Positions 16,036-25,445 of a stretch of DNA of 64,000 nt are shown piece after piece. The stretch is from an uncultured Candidatus Binatia bacterium (GTDB lineage Bacteria > Desulfobacterota > Binatia > Bin18): NCBI GenBank assembly GCA_965242605.1, contig CBDESS010000001.1, positions 20,910-84,909 on the forward strand, written 5' to 3'. The notes under the pieces are model-generated. The model ran no database searches and had not been told where the DNA came from. It worked only from the letters and a program-made list of their open reading frames with translations. Numbering within the stretch: position 1 is the stretch's first letter; each line of letters begins with the position of its first letter. Position numbers and translations under genes: made by a program.

Positions 16036-17397
16036 ATGGTCACAGAGCTGTGGTTTGAGATAACGTGTATTCTGGGCCTGATCATCGCCAACGGGTTTTT
16101 TTCCGGCTCGGAAATCGCGGTGGTTTCGGTCCGGCGGAGCCGCATTGAGCAGCTGGCCGAGGCCGGCGACCGGACGGCCCGCACGCTGGGGCACCTCAGA
16201 AACGACCCTGACCGTTTCCTGGCGACTGTCCAGATCGGGGTGACGCTGGTCAGCTCACTGGCCTCGGCAATCGGGGGTGTCTCGGCCGTGGCCTATCTCG
16301 CCCCGCTGTACGCCCGGAGTTCGCTGCCGGTTGTGGCCGAGTCGAGCCAGGTCCTGGCCGTTGCCACGGTGGTGGTGGTAATCTCCTATCTGTCCCTGGT
16401 GCTGGGCGAGCTGGTGCCAAAATCGCTGGCGCTGCGCTACTCCGAGCCGATCGCCGGCTGGGTCGCCCGGCCCCTGGATTTTTTCTCCTGGCTGTTTACC
16501 GCCGGGGTCAAGCTGCTGACCGCTTCCACCAACGGGCTGCTGTACCTGACCGGCACCGGGGCCAAGGCCGCCGAGGCGGTCGTGTCCGAGGATGAGGTCA
16601 AGTACATCATCCGCGAAGGCGCGCAAAAAGGCGTCTTTGACGCCACCGAGCAGAAGTTTATCCAGAGCGTGTTTGATTTTGCCGATACCTCGGTCCGCGA
16701 GGTAATGACCCCCCGGACCGAAATCCAGGCCCTGAGCATAGACACCTCCCCCCAGAGTGCCCTGCACGCCATGATCGAGAGCAGCTTCTCGCGTATGCCG
16801 ATTTTTGAGGACGACCTCGACCAGGTTGTCGGCGTGGTCCACCTCAAGGAACTGCTGCGCGGGCGGAAGCAGGATTCGGCCTCCCTCCAGGGCTTTGTCC
16901 AGCCGACCTATTTTGTGCCCGACTCCATGCAGATCAGCCACCTGCTGCGCGAGCTCCAGCGTCGCCGCACCCAGATGGCCGTTGTTGTCAACGAGTTCGG
17001 CACCGTGGTCGGCATCGCCACCATCGAAGACCTGCTTGAAGAGATTGTCGGCGAGATTCGGGACGAGTTCGATGTTGACGAAGCCCTGCCGGTCCAGGAC
17101 CTCGGGCCAGGGGTCTGGCTGGTGGCCGGCGGGGTGATGCTGGACGACCTGCGCGACACCCCCGGCCTGCCGCTTGAAGAGACCAACGACTACCGGACCC
17201 TGGCCGGCTTTCTGCTGGCCCGGCTTGAGTGCATCCCCAAGGGCGGGGAGATCGTCCAGCACCAGGGCTATCGGATGACGATTGTCAACATGGACGGCCG
17301 GCGGATTGACAAGATCAAGGTCGAGAAGCTGCCCGCCGCGGCGCGTGTTGCCGGACGCCAAGCCGAACAGCCGAGCGGGGGCAGGACAGGGCATTAG
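16036..17397 (+). CDS. HlyC/CorC-family transporter (DUF21 - CBS pair - CorC_HlyC transporter-associated domain)
   Basis: N-terminal 4-TM DUF21, tandem CBS domains, C-terminal CorC/HlyC domain. Start set at the ATG at 16036 (MVTELWFEI...). Confidence 0.8.
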   Translation: MVTELWFEITCILGLIIANGFFSGSEIAVVSVRRSRIEQLAEAGDRTARTLGHLRNDPDRFLATVQIGVTLVSSLASAIGGVSAVAYLAPLYARSSLPVVAESSQVLAVATVVVVISYLSLVLGELVPKSLALRYSEPIAGWVARPLDFFSWLFTAGVKLLTASTNGLLYLTGTGAKAAEAVVSEDEVKYIIREGAQKGVFDATEQKFIQSVFDFADTSVREVMTPRTEIQALSIDTSPQSALHAMIESSFSRMPIFEDDLDQVVGVVHLKELLRGRKQDSASLQGFVQPTYFVPDSMQISHLLRELQRRRTQMAVVVNEFGTVVGIATIEDLLEEIVGEIRDEFDVDEALPVQDLGPGVWLVAGGVMLDDLRDTPGLPLEETNDYRTLAGFLLARLECIPKGGEIVQHQGYRMTIVNMDGRRIDKIKVEKLPAAARVAGRQAEQPSGGRTGH

Positions 17398-17588
17398 CAA
17401 GGGCTTGGGGCACGCTGTACAAACTGGCCGCTGTACATCTTCGGCACGGGCAGCCCGCCCGTGTCTTCCCGCTCGGCTATCGCCCACGCCTCAAAGGCGT
17501 CACGGGCCTCAGCGAGGGCGGCTTCAATGGTCTCGCCGTCCGCGATACAGCCGGGCAGGTCAGGGTTGAGAGCCGACTTGATGCTCAT
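17394..17588 (-). CDS. Small HicB-like protein (64 aa; carries the 'PDLPGCxAxGETxEAAL' core of HicB-family antitoxins)
   Basis: Motif 'NPDLPGCIADGETIEAALAEARDAFEAW' resembles the HicB N-domain. Start ATG overlaps the upstream stop (ATGA). Confidence 0.4.
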   Translation of the reverse strand: MSIKSALNPDLPGCIADGETIEAALAEARDAFEAWAIAEREDTGGLPVPKMYSGQFVQRAPSPC

Positions 17589-17890
17589 GGCTTGGCTCCT
17601 CCCGCGGGCGCGGTGCGTTCAATCAGCGCCCGTAAGGCGTGTGTGGCTCTGGCGGCTTCGCCCTGCTGGCGGAGAGCTTCCATGTTCTCGGTGTGGTGGG
17701 CCTTGGCGGTTTCGGCCTGCTGGCGCAAGATGTCCATCAGGTCGGTGTGCTGTGTGTTCCGTGCGCCGGCCGCGGTGCGCATCAGCCACAAGCCCCCACC
17801 AATCAAGCCCGCTTGCACGACGCCGACACCGAGCGCAATCCAGTTGCCGGTGTTCCGCAAGGCGATCATGGCGGTTTCGTACTCGGTCAT
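17585..17890 (-). CDS. Small single-pass membrane protein (101 aa), translationally coupled between two HicB-like ORFs
   Basis: One strong TM helix (WIALGVGVVQAGLIGGGLWLM) followed by a charged, helical C-terminus. ATGA start/stop overlaps on both sides. Confidence 0.4.
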   Translation of the reverse strand: MTEYETAMIALRNTGNWIALGVGVVQAGLIGGGLWLMRTAAGARNTQHTDLMDILRQQAETAKAHHTENMEALRQQGEAARATHALRALIERTAPAGGAKP

Positions 17891-18265
17891 GGTGTTTCTC
17901 CTGTCTGCGACCGGCTGCGAGCCTTACCCCGCCGGTCGCGCCAGCCGGGCAGTCCTGCCTCCGCCACAACACGGACGACTTGAGCCAGGGGCCAGCCCTC
18001 TCGCTCGGCTTCGCGCTCCAGCGCCCGGAACTGATCGGTCGCAAAGGCCACGCTCAACTGGTGCGGGTAGTGGGTGACGCGCGTCCGGGGCCGTTTCCCG
18101 GGGGGGTCTGTGTCTCCAGCGGTCTTCCTCCTTATCTGGCATGGCTACCAGATAGCCGCCGCCTTCGTCCGTGGGGATGGGGGCAATGATGATTGTGTAG
18201 TCCTCAAATCTCGTTGCCTTGTCCGGCGTCCAATCCGCAAAATGTTTACTGAACACATCGGACAT
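17887..18265 (-). pseudogene. HicB-N-like + ribbon-helix-helix DNA-binding protein, interrupted by a frameshift at a C7 homopolymer
   Basis: N-terminus 'YTIIIAPIPTDEGGGYLVAMPD' matches the HicB beta-hairpin. After the ccccccc run (plus-strand G7 at 18100-18106) only the -1 frame gives a clean RHH-like sequence ('HQLSVAFATDQFRALEREAEREGWPLAQVVRVVAEAGL'). That frame ends in a TGA overlapping the next gene's ATG. Confidence 0.4.
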
Positions 18266-19005
18266 CTACCCCATGGCACAACGGAGCCGGTCCGAGAGTC
18301 GGGTCCGCTCCCGCGTCCAAAAGATACCGGATTATGCTATCTCGGATGGCTCGGGCTGAATATGCCGCCGACGCATGCCACAGGACGGTGCGCCCGCCAC
18401 CGTCCTGGGCATTGATGTCCATGCCGGCCTGCAAGAGAACACGAACGGCAGCCCCATTGGCGAAACCGGCTGCTCTATGCAACGCTGTCACGTTGCCATG
18501 CCCGCCGCCGGAGGAGGGGTGCCCGAGGATATAGATAGGCCCGCGCGTGTATGTCCGCTCCATACTCCAAAAGGAGTTCTACGACCGGGGATGACTCTAC
18601 CAAAGGAATGGACCTCACACTGGCCGCCTAGTGCAATGGGGTCCTATCCCCGAATGGTCGGTTCGGGTCAGCCCCAGACTCCAGTAAGAGGCGAATGATG
18701 GGAAGTATGTCAGGATGCAGCCTAACATAAGTATTTTGTTGTTGTTTCCGGTTGTAGGTGTATCGATTGATTGCCCAATTGAGCGGGGAGAACCGATCAT
18801 AATAAGGGCCCCGATCGGGCCAGGGGCCAGGGCTATCCTGGAAGTCCGGATCGGCTCCGGCTTCCAATAACGCGCGGACGGCACTTAGTGTTATGCCTGA
18901 CTGCCAGGGACAGAGGGGAGTAGCCCCTTGCCGTATGGTGATTGATAGTCGCCGTTGAGGGAAGGCAATCGTGTATTCTCCTTGTTTTGGTCCACCACCG
19001 TTCAT
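18246..19005 (-). pseudogene. Ankyrin-repeat protein, split across at least two reading frames (frameshift near 18563-18628)
   Basis: Ankyrin-repeat consensus in both pieces ('TPLH..LLLESGADPN', 'TALHRAAGFANGAAVRVLLQAGMDINAQDGGGRTVLWHAS'). The two ORFs are in different frames with a short gap. A further out-of-frame ORF (18833..19144) may represent the N-terminus. Confidence 0.5.
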
Positions 19006-19097
19006 AGTAACACGCTCCGGGGGCTAGCGGTTCCGATTCTGGAACAGGTTCAGGCGTGGGTTCCTGTTCTGAACCGGGGGCCTTCACCGTGGCCAAC

Positions 19098-19550
19098 TCA
19101 AAGTGTTGGGTACTTTCGTTCCACACCAAAGTGGCCGGTTTCACCCGGGGCCGGGAAGTCAGGAACCTCTACCCGGCGACTTGCTCCCCGTAGAAACTCC
19201 TCGCCGGTTGTCACCACCGTAAACGTACTCCGGGCAAACTCGACCCCATTGTCATACGCTACCACGGTATGCGTCCCATCTCCAAAATGGTTCCAGTTAA
19301 CTTGCGTAATGAATCCATTGTCCGCGTCCCCGCAGACACCGCGCGTATCGGCCCGGGGCTGCTCCTCCGCGGTTGGGACAGGCTCACCAGCGTTGATCCT
19401 GGCTGTGATGTCGCCGGCCTCACACTTCCAGCCCGAGATAAAGCCAAGACCCGACAGGTTTGCGCCACTGGCCGGACTCTCCAGGACTGCGGCATGGGAG
19501 AGGCTGGCGGTCACTCCAACACACAAGACAAGCAACAACAGATGCTTCAT
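19098..19550 (-). CDS. Hypothetical secreted protein (150 aa, signal peptide)
   Basis: Start at MKHLLLLVLCVGVTASLSHA (signal peptide). No recognisable domain. Confidence 0.45.
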   Translation of the reverse strand: MKHLLLLVLCVGVTASLSHAAVLESPASGANLSGLGFISGWKCEAGDITARINAGEPVPTAEEQPRADTRGVCGDADNGFITQVNWNHFGDGTHTVVAYDNGVEFARSTFTVVTTGEEFLRGASRRVEVPDFPAPGETGHFGVERKYPTL

Positions 19551-19700
19551 AGTTACGCCCCTGAGCAAAGAATACGCGCCGGCCAAGCCGCCACGCTTGA
19601 CCTATGCCACCGCCGCCAGAATGTCAAACCCGCCAGCGGTTGACCGCCGCCTCGGTTTCGGACTATGAACAGGTATACCCCGTAGAAGGAGGGCGCGCGT

Positions 19701-20687
19701 ATGGCCGCGGAAGTTGGCAAAGATAAGTTACTTGAGATGTACCGCACCATGCAGACCATCCGGCAGTTTGAGGAGCGTCTGCGCGATATCTTCAAAGAAG
19801 GCAAGATTCCGGGCTTCGTCCATGTCTCCATCGGCGAAGAAGCCTCAGCCACCGGCGTGTGCGCCGCCCTGACCGACACGGACTACATCACCAGCACCCA
19901 CCGGGGCCACGGCCACCTCATCGCCAAAGGCGGCAAAATCAAGCCGATGATGGCCGAAATCTACGGCAAGAGCACCGGCTACTGCAAGGGCAAGGGCGGC
20001 TCCATGCACATCGCCGACTTTGATATCGGCATCCTCGGTGCCAACGGCATTGTCGGGGCCGGCCTGCCGATCGCCACCGGGGCCGGCCTCGCCGCCCAGG
20101 TCCGGGGCAGCAACGAGGTGGCGGTATGCTTCTTTGGCGACGGGGCCTCCAACGAGGGGACCTTCCACGAATCGCTCAACATTGCCTCAGCCTGGAAACT
20201 GCCGGTCATCTATGTGTGCGAGAACAACCTGTACGGCGAGTTCACCGCCGGCAAGGAGGTCACCTCGGTCAAAGACATTGCCGACCGGGCCAGAGGCCAC
20301 GACATGCCCGGCGTGGTGGTCAACGGCAACGACGTCGTCGAGGTCTACGAGACCACCAGCCAGGCCGTTGCCCGCGCCCGGCGGGGCGAGGGACCAAGCC
20401 TGATCGAGTGCAAAACCTACCGCTGGGAAGGCCATGTGGTGGGCGAAGAAGCCTTTATGGGCGACAAAAGCTATCGCCCCAAGGATGAGATCGAAGCGTG
20501 GAAAACACGCTGCCCGCTCCTCACCTTTGAGCAACGCTTTGTGCCGGCCGGGATGGTCAGCCAGGCCGAACTTGATGCCATTCAGGCCGAAGTCACCAGC
20601 ATCGTTGACGCAGCCGTCAGCTTTGCCGAAGACAGCCCGCTGCCGGCCCCCGAAGAAGCCCTCAACGACATGTTCTCAGCCGCCTGA
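19701..20687 (+). CDS. pdhA: TPP-dependent 2-oxoacid (pyruvate/acetoin) dehydrogenase E1 component alpha subunit
   Basis: E1-alpha ThDP-binding motifs ('HRGHGHLIAKGG', 'GDGASNEG', 'YRxxGH'). First gene of an E1a-E1b-E2 operon. Confidence 0.85.
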   Translation: MAAEVGKDKLLEMYRTMQTIRQFEERLRDIFKEGKIPGFVHVSIGEEASATGVCAALTDTDYITSTHRGHGHLIAKGGKIKPMMAEIYGKSTGYCKGKGGSMHIADFDIGILGANGIVGAGLPIATGAGLAAQVRGSNEVAVCFFGDGASNEGTFHESLNIASAWKLPVIYVCENNLYGEFTAGKEVTSVKDIADRARGHDMPGVVVNGNDVVEVYETTSQAVARARRGEGPSLIECKTYRWEGHVVGEEAFMGDKSYRPKDEIEAWKTRCPLLTFEQRFVPAGMVSQAELDAIQAEVTSIVDAAVSFAEDSPLPAPEEALNDMFSAA

Positions 20688-20753
20688 CAGCCCAATGATG
20701 GGTCACAACAGTGGCCGGTCGTAGCTGTGACCCATCATTAAGGAGATACCCCC

Positions 20754-21722
20754 ATGCCGACTATTTCATTCATCCAAGCGATCAACTCCGCCCTGGCCGA
20801 AGAACTCCGACACGACCCGTGCGCCTTTCTCATGGGCCTTGATGTCTGGGTCGGCGCGTTTGGCGCGACCGGCGGCCTGACCGACGAGTTCGGCCCTCAG
20901 CGCATCCGCAACGCCCCGATTTCAGAAGCCGGCTATGCCGGGGCTGGTATTGGCGCGGCCCTGGCCGGGATGCGGCCGATTGTCGAAATTGAGTTTGCCA
21001 GCTTCTTCTACTGTTGCTGGGACCAAGTGTGTAACCAGGCGGCCAAGCTGCGTTACATGTCGGGCGGCCAAGCCGATATCCCGATCACCTTTCGGACCGT
21101 GTACGGCGCGCTCGGCTCAGCCGCGGCCCAGCACTCCGAGACCGTCTACGCCCAGTTCATGAGCGTACCGGGCCTGAAAATTGTCGCCCCGTCCGACCCC
21201 TACGACATGAAGGGGCTGCTCAAGAGCGCCATCCGCGACAACAACCCGGTGCTGGTCTTTGAGCACATGGGCCTCGGGCGGGCCAAACAGGAGATTCCCG
21301 ACCAGGAATATCTGGTGCCCATCGGCAAAGGCGAGGTCAAACGCGAAGGCACCGACGTGACCGTAGTCGGGGTCGGCCTGATGGTCTCCAAAGCCCTCAA
21401 GGCGGCCACCGCCCTGGCCGACGAAGGCGTGTCGGTCGAGGTCGTTGACCCGCGCACCCTCGTGCCGCTTGACGAGGACACTATCCTCAACTCGGTCGCC
21501 AAAACACACAAAGTCCTCGTGGTTGACGAGGGCCACCTGCGCTGTGGCGCGGCCTCAGAAATTGCCGCGGTGATTGCCGACAAAGGCTTTGACTCGCTTG
21601 ACGCCCCGGTCAAGCGGCTGACCGCCCACGACGTGCCTATTCCGTACAGCCCGCCGATGGAAAAATTTGTCTTGCCCGACGAGCAGAAAATTGCCGCCGC
21701 GGTCAAAGAACTCATGGTCTGA
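20754..21722 (+). CDS. pdhB: 2-oxoacid dehydrogenase E1 component beta subunit (transketolase-like)
   Basis: Typical E1-beta N-terminus (MPTISFIQAINSALAEEL) and transketolase C-terminal domain. Confidence 0.85.
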   Translation: MPTISFIQAINSALAEELRHDPCAFLMGLDVWVGAFGATGGLTDEFGPQRIRNAPISEAGYAGAGIGAALAGMRPIVEIEFASFFYCCWDQVCNQAAKLRYMSGGQADIPITFRTVYGALGSAAAQHSETVYAQFMSVPGLKIVAPSDPYDMKGLLKSAIRDNNPVLVFEHMGLGRAKQEIPDQEYLVPIGKGEVKREGTDVTVVGVGLMVSKALKAATALADEGVSVEVVDPRTLVPLDEDTILNSVAKTHKVLVVDEGHLRCGAASEIAAVIADKGFDSLDAPVKRLTAHDVPIPYSPPMEKFVLPDEQKIAAAVKELMV

Positions 21723-21750
21723 GCAGGGCGCACGAGAGAAGGGAGTTGCC

Positions 21751-23121
21751 GTGGCAGCCGAAGTTGTCATGCCCAAGTTCGGCCTGACGATGGTTGAGGG
21801 CACGATCCAGCGCTGGTTCAAAAACAAGGGCGAGGCCATCAGCGAGGGCGAGGCCCTGTTTGAGGTCGAAACTGAAAAAGTCCTGTACGAAGTCGAATCA
21901 ACAGCGAGCGGCACGGTTGCCAAACTGCTCTACGGCCTCGAAGCGGTTGTTCCAGTCGGCCTGCCAGTCGCGGTGATTGCCGAAGCCGGCGAAGATGTGG
22001 CCGAAGTAGCCGCCGGCTACAGCGACGCTCCCCCCGCCCCGCCGGCCACCACCAGCCCGGCGGCCTCTCCGACGCCGGGCAGCGGCAGCGCCGCATCCAC
22101 CGCAGCCCCCGGCAGACGCGCCCCCGTCACCCCTGCCGCCCGCAAACTCGCCGCCCAGCACAACCTTGACCCCACCAGCCTGACCGGCACCGGACCCGGC
22201 GGACGCATCACCAGAGAGGATGTCCAGCAGGCCATTGACAACCCTCCAGCGGCCGCGCCGCCGGCCCCCGGCAGACGCGCCCCCGTCACCCCTGCCGCCC
22301 GCAAACTTGCCGCCCAGCACAGCCTTGATCCCACCAGCCTGACCGGCACCGGACCCGGCGGACGCATCACCAGAGAGGATGTCCAGCAGGCCATTGACGC
22401 GGCCGCGCCGGCCCCGACCCCAGCCGCCCCAGCCCCGGCAGCAAGCCAGTCAGTCCCGCTGCGCGGAATGCGCAGAGTGATTGCCGAGCGCATGCACAAG
22501 AGCCTCCAGGACACCGCCCAACTCACCATGACGACCGAGGTCGATGTGACCCAGCTCATTGAGCGGCGCGAAGAAGTCCGGCGCACCTTCAACACCACCT
22601 ACAACGACTTCATCATCCAGGCCTGCGCCCACGCCCTGCTCCGGCATCCGCGTATGAACGCCTCGCTCGAAGGGGACGCGCTCCAACTCCACGGCGCTGT
22701 CCATGTCGGTTTTGCGGTGGCGCTCAACGAGGGCCTCATCGTCCCGGTTATCCATGACGCCGATACAAAACCGCTCAAGACCATTGCCGAGGAGGCGCGC
22801 GCCCTGGCCGAAAAAGCGCGGGCGGGGAAGCTCACGCTCGAAGAGGTCAGCGGCGGCACTTTTACCGTTTCCAACCTGGGCATGGCCGGCGTTGATGCCT
22901 TTACCCCGATTCTCAACTCGCCCCAGACCGGGATTCTGGGCGTCGGCCGCATCGTTGACAAACCCGTCGTGTATCAGGGCGAAATCACCAAGCGCTCAAT
23001 GCTGGTCTTGAGCCTGACCTTTGATCACCGGGTGATTGACGGCGCACCGGCCGGCGCTTTCTTAGGCAGCGTGGCCGAGCTGCTGTCGCACGGCAACCGC
23101 ATTGCCCTGGCGGTGGACTAG
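21751..23121 (+). CDS. Dihydrolipoamide acyltransferase E2 component (lipoyl domain + two E3-binding domains + catalytic domain)
   Basis: GTG start after a GGGAG RBS. Lipoyl-attachment motif 'ETEKV'. Two near-identical PSBD copies. Catalytic 'DHRVIDGA' motif. Confidence 0.85.
   Translation: MAAEVVMPKFGLTMVEGTIQRWFKNKGEAISEGEALFEVETEKVLYEVESTASGTVAKLLYGLEAVVPVGLPVAVIAEAGEDVAEVAAGYSDAPPAPPATTSPAASPTPGSGSAASTAAPGRRAPVTPAARKLAAQHNLDPTSLTGTGPGGRITREDVQQAIDNPPAAAPPAPGRRAPVTPAARKLAAQHSLDPTSLTGTGPGGRITREDVQQAIDAAAPAPTPAAPAPAASQSVPLRGMRRVIAERMHKSLQDTAQLTMTTEVDVTQLIERREEVRRTFNTTYNDFIIQACAHALLRHPRMNASLEGDALQLHGAVHVGFAVALNEGLIVPVIHDADTKPLKTIAEEARALAEKARAGKLTLEEVSGGTFTVSNLGMAGVDAFTPILNSPQTGILGVGRIVDKPVVYQGEITKRSMLVLSLTFDHRVIDGAPAGAFLGSVAELLSHGNRIALAVD
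22106..22398. repeat. Near-perfect 159-bp tandem duplication inside E2, encoding two peripheral-subunit (E3) binding domains
   Basis: 'PGRRAPVTPAARKLAAQH(N/S)LDPTSLTGTGPGGRITREDVQQAID' occurs twice. The nucleotide identity is almost complete. Confidence 0.8.
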
Positions 23122-23204
23122 CTTGGCGCACGGCCACAAGCAGCGGCCACATCCTGCCGGTTGAGCCGACCCAGCCGGCGACCGAGCGGGCCGCCCGTCG
23201 CACC

Positions 23205-23600
23205 TCAGCCCTCTCCCTCAGCCACCACCTGAGCCTCGGCCAGCGTCGCGGTATGCGTCAGTGCGAGGTGCAAATGTCGAACGCCAAGTGAGGCGGCGCA
23301 GGCTTCAGCTCGACCGGACAGCAGAATCTCCGGGCGCGCTCCTGGCCTGCGCCTCACCTCAATATCAAGCCACCCGAGCTGCGCTCCCCAGCCCCGGCCC
23401 AGCGCCTTCATGACGGCCTCCTTGGCCGCAAAACGGGCGGCATAACTCTGATAGGCACCGCCGCCCCCCCGCCGCTCACAGTAGGCCTGCTCGCCAAGCG
23501 TAAAGACGCGGTCACGAAAACGCCGACCGCTCCGCGGATTGTCCAGGGCGGCCCGAATCCGTTCAACCTCGGTCAGGTCGGTGCCAATGGCGACGATCAT
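23205..23600 (-). CDS. acpS: Holo-[acyl-carrier-protein] synthase (4'-phosphopantetheinyl transferase)
   Basis: 'MIVAIGTDLTEV' AcpS N-terminus; length ~130 aa. Confidence 0.8.
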   Translation of the reverse strand: MIVAIGTDLTEVERIRAALDNPRSGRRFRDRVFTLGEQAYCERRGGGGAYQSYAARFAAKEAVMKALGRGWGAQLGWLDIEVRRRPGARPEILLSGRAEACAASLGVRHLHLALTHTATLAEAQVVAEGEG

Positions 23601-23619
23601 GACACAGAGCATAGGCTTA

Positions 23620-25383
23620 TTAGCACGCGCCGCAGGTGTGGCAGGTACTCACGTCACACGGCGGGGTTTGGCGTCCTAGCAGGGCTTTGCGCCACTCAAC
23701 CCACAGATAGTGTTTGCTGACCGAATGATCGATGAAATCCCACGGCAGCAGCTCGTGGGCGTCGTAGCGGCGATGGACAAAGAAGTCCGGGTTGGGGCTG
23801 AGCGACCGCTGACCGGGGGGCGATGTGGCCGACCGCCGCTGCTGCTGAATGACCCTCCACCAGTCACCGCCGGCGCGGTGAATCGCCAGCAGCAGCCCAG
23901 CGGTCCGGCGGTCACCCCGAGACAGCACGGTCTGGTAGTAGGCTTCGCGGGGCGATTCGGTATCAACCCGGACCCGCGGCAGGCCGGCCAGCCGCTTGCG
24001 GAGCCCGTTCAGCTTAGCCCGCAGGCCGCCGAGCGACTCCATCGGCTCCCATTGCAGGGGGGTCCACGGCTTGGGCGAGAAGGCGTTGACCGACAGGGTC
24101 AGACTCCCGAGGTGCGCACCGCTGGCACGCACCCGCGCGTAAATGGTGTGGCTCAACTCGGCAATCGCATCAACGTCCTCCTGGGCCTCGGTCGGCAACC
24201 CAAGCATGAAATACAGCTTGAGCGATTGCACCCCACCGCCGACCAGCCACTCGGCGGAGCGTAAGATCTCAGGCTCGGTCAGGTTTTTGTTGATCAGCCG
24301 CCGCATCCGCTCTGAGCCGGCTTCCGGGGCCAGGGTGACGGAGTGATTCTTCGTGCGACCGAGGGCGACGGCCAGCTCCCGGCTCACCACATCGGCCTTG
24401 AGCGATGAGGGCGAGGCGCGGCCACCGGCCTGACCGATGAACTCGCACAGACCGGCAATCCCTGGCTGGCCAGCCATCTCGGCCCCGACGAAGCCGATGG
24501 TTGAGCGCTCTTTGAGCCCTGCTGTCGCCTGCCGCTTGATCTGCTTAACGCTCCGGTACCGGACCGGTCGATACATGTAGCCGGCGGCGCAAAAACGGCA
24601 GCCCCACTCACAGCCCCGGCTGGTTTCGATCAGGTACATGTCGCCAAAGACAGCTTCTGAGGTAAGGAGCTGTGAGCGGGTCGGCGAGGCGTCCAGCTCC
24701 CGAACCAGGCGCCGGCGCACGCTCGGCTGTCCGGGGCCGCTGTAGTCGAGCCGGGTCAAACGGCCGTCGTCGTCATAGTGGGGCCTGAACTGGGACGGCA
24801 GGTAGGCTCCGTCTACGGTGCTCAGACGCTGGAGCCGCTCGGACCGGCTCAGGCCGGCGGTACGGAGTTGGGCGTAACGCTCTAGGAACTCTGGAACCAT
24901 CTCCTCGCCCTCACCGATCAAAAACAGGTCGATAAAGGCGGCGACCGGTTCGGGGTTGAGAAAGGTGGCCGGCCCGCCGGCGATGACCAGCGGATGCTCG
25001 GCCTGTCGCTCGGCGGACAAGAGCGGCAGGTGGGCGGCGGCCAGGATATCGAGGAGATGGAGATAGTCGGTTTCAAAAGACAGGGAGAAGGCGAGGAGCT
25101 CGAAGTCGGCCACGGGCCGCTGGCTCTCCAGGGAGGCGAGCGGGGTGCGGGTTCGACTCAGCGCGGCGGCTTCGTCGGGGTCGGGCAGAAACGCCCGCTC
25201 GCAGCGGCAGTGGGGGTCTTGGGAAAAAATCCGGTAGGCGGCCTGAAAGCCGAGGTTGGCCATCCCAATCGGGTAGCGGTTGGGATATATCAGACAGACA
25301 GGCAACTCGCCGTCCGGGTTGGCTGAAAACAGCCGGGTTTCAGCCGCTAGACGACGGCGGGCGCGCTCTGTCGTCAACCACAT
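23620..25383 (-). CDS. B12-binding-domain radical SAM protein (uncharacterised ~590-aa family)
   Basis: CxxxCxxC radical-SAM cluster motif ('RGCEWGCRFCAAGYMY') preceded by an N-terminal B12-binding-like region. Function unknown. Confidence 0.7.
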   Translation of the reverse strand: MWLTTERARRRLAAETRLFSANPDGELPVCLIYPNRYPIGMANLGFQAAYRIFSQDPHCRCERAFLPDPDEAAALSRTRTPLASLESQRPVADFELLAFSLSFETDYLHLLDILAAAHLPLLSAERQAEHPLVIAGGPATFLNPEPVAAFIDLFLIGEGEEMVPEFLERYAQLRTAGLSRSERLQRLSTVDGAYLPSQFRPHYDDDGRLTRLDYSGPGQPSVRRRLVRELDASPTRSQLLTSEAVFGDMYLIETSRGCEWGCRFCAAGYMYRPVRYRSVKQIKRQATAGLKERSTIGFVGAEMAGQPGIAGLCEFIGQAGGRASPSSLKADVVSRELAVALGRTKNHSVTLAPEAGSERMRRLINKNLTEPEILRSAEWLVGGGVQSLKLYFMLGLPTEAQEDVDAIAELSHTIYARVRASGAHLGSLTLSVNAFSPKPWTPLQWEPMESLGGLRAKLNGLRKRLAGLPRVRVDTESPREAYYQTVLSRGDRRTAGLLLAIHRAGGDWWRVIQQQRRSATSPPGQRSLSPNPDFFVHRRYDAHELLPWDFIDHSVSKHYLWVEWRKALLGRQTPPCDVSTCHTCGAC

Positions 25384-25397
25384 GACGCGACACTATC

Positions 25398-25417
25398 CGG
25401 CCTGCCAGTGCAGGCCG
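25398..25417 (-). terminator. Perfect 8-bp stem / 4-nt loop hairpin (cggcctgc-cagt-gcaggccg) immediately 3' of ftsZ
   Basis: Seen directly. No clear U-tract, so it may be a stem-loop stabiliser or attenuator rather than an intrinsic terminator. Confidence 0.25.
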
Positions 25418-25445
25418 CACCGCCAAGCGCGTGCGGCACGCCGAC

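Noticed and set aside
16255-17487. 410-aa minus-strand ORF antisense to the CorC/HlyC transporter
   Set aside because: It overlaps a well-supported gene entirely. Composition is low-complexity Gly/Ala/Asp/Leu with no domain.
21117-21733. Minus-strand ORFs (139 and 177 aa) inside pdhB
   Set aside because: Antisense to a conserved E1-beta gene; no domain content.
22106-22398. 159-bp direct repeat as a possible IS/MITE or assembly duplication
   Set aside because: Both copies are in frame within E2 and encode complete peripheral-subunit-binding domains. The interpretation as an in-gene domain duplication is sufficient.
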